Below the pieces are notes generated by a model. It was not told the origin of the DNA. It did no database searches and saw only the letters and a program-made list of their open reading frames with translations. This document shows positions 63,407-64,000 of a stretch of DNA of 64,000 nt, piece after piece (position 1 is the stretch's first letter; every line of letters starts with the position of its first letter). The stretch comes from Gemmatimonadota bacterium (GTDB lineage: Bacteria; Gemmatimonadota; Gemmatimonadetes; Gemmatimonadales; GWC2-71-9), in contig QHUU01000054.1 in assembly GCA_003222155.1 (NCBI GenBank), positions 65,612-129,611 on the forward strand. The letters run 5' to 3'. Position numbers and translations under genes: made by a program.

Positions 63407-64000
63407 TCGGGCTCTTCCTGCATCCGCGCCGCCACCCGCCGGCGCGGGAGCGGCGTCCGCCGGTGTTCGAGCGGCTCACCAAGGCCCGCGTGGGCTGGGT
63501 GGTGGAGCGCCTCGCCGCCCCGTTTTCGCGGTGGGAGAGTGCGCGGCTCGAGAGTCCCGAGATCGCCCTCCCGGTGCGCGACCTGGACCCGCGGCTCGTG
63601 GGCTACCGCATCGCGCTCGTGACGGATCTGCATCACGGGCCCGCCGTCCCCGAGCGCTGGTTCGCGAGCGTGGCGGATCGCGTAGCCGACCTCGCGCCCG
63701 ATCTCGTCGCCCTGGGCGGGGACTTCGTGAGCCACGCCCGCAGCGATCTCGATGGCCTGGATGCGATCATCGCGCGGTTCCGCGCCCGCGACGGCAGCGT
63801 GGCCGTGCTCGGCAATCACGACCACTGGGTCGATCCCGACCTGGTGAGCCGGATCGTCGAGCGCGCCGGCGCGCGCCTGCTCACCAACCGGCACGAGCTG
63901 ATCCGCCGCGGGGCGGCGGCGCTCGCCGTCGCCGGAGTCGACGACTTCAGCCATGGTGCAGTGCGGCCGGACGACGCCCTCGCCGGCGTTCCACCCCACG
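63403..64000 (+). CDS. Metallophosphoesterase (calcineurin-like), 3' end outside window
   Basis: Not in the ORF track because no stop lies in the window. Hand translation from GTG 63403 (GTGA overlap with the M20 gene) gives ...IALVTDLHHG...LGGDFV...VLGNHDHW... Confidence 0.78.
   Translation, partial: MIGLFLHPRRHPPARERRPPVFERLTKARVGWVVERLAAPFSRWESARLESPEIALPVRDLDPRLVGYRIALVTDLHHGPAVPERWFASVADRVADLAPDLVALGGDFVSHARSDLDGLDAIIARFRARDGSVAVLGNHDHWVDPDLVSRIVERAGARLLTNRHELIRRGAAALAVAGVDDFSHGAVRPDDALAGVPPH

Noticed and set aside
63316-63999. 227-aa minus-strand ORF at the right edge
   Set aside because: The plus strand over the same region translates into a clear metallophosphoesterase (DLHHG, GGDF, GNHDHW). 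That protein is missing from the track only because it has no stop codon in the window.

Overview
Very GC-rich bacterial chromosomal segment; third codon positions are almost always G/C. About 60 tightly packed genes, many joined by ATGA/GTGA start-stop overlaps. GWxTD, DUF4382-like and CBM48-like anti-sigma proteins, plus several Hanks kinases, suggest a Gemmatimonadota-like organism (inference only). The content is mostly core: dnaN 3' end, mtgA, RNase P RNA, pyrE, slt, csp, polA, rnd, fdx, thiC with a TPP riboswitch, def, sufBCDSU, mnmG, two parS sites with parAB, M23 peptidase and bactofilin. No transposase, integrase, tRNA, rRNA or CRISPR array was seen. The most unusual signal is a family of short tandem 7-8-mer repeat structures. 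One pair forms a 29-nt inverted repeat enclosing a four-helix-bundle (23S-rRNA-IVS/Avd-like) gene that fills the whole ABC-permease/mnmG intergenic region. A related pair with no gene inside sits between dnaN and mtgA. Telomere-like (GGGGTTC)n and (GGGAAAC)n tracts sit at the def/thiC and sufB/sufC junctions. Other points: rnpB lies 7 nt upstream of a translationally coupled 3-gene envelope operon. A kinase-pyrE-sigma54 activator array has a near-consensus -24/-12 promoter in front of a lipoprotein-TPR pair. parABS is fused into an operon with M23 peptidase and bactofilin. A 4-gene ECF sigma module carries two CBM48-like domains. Codon usage shifts abruptly at the polA 3' end, upstream of an orphan pilin gene. 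Many long ORFs in the supplied track are antisense shadows typical of high-GC DNA and were not called. The track translates GTG/TTG starts as M, so several starts were re-chosen by hand and remain uncertain.
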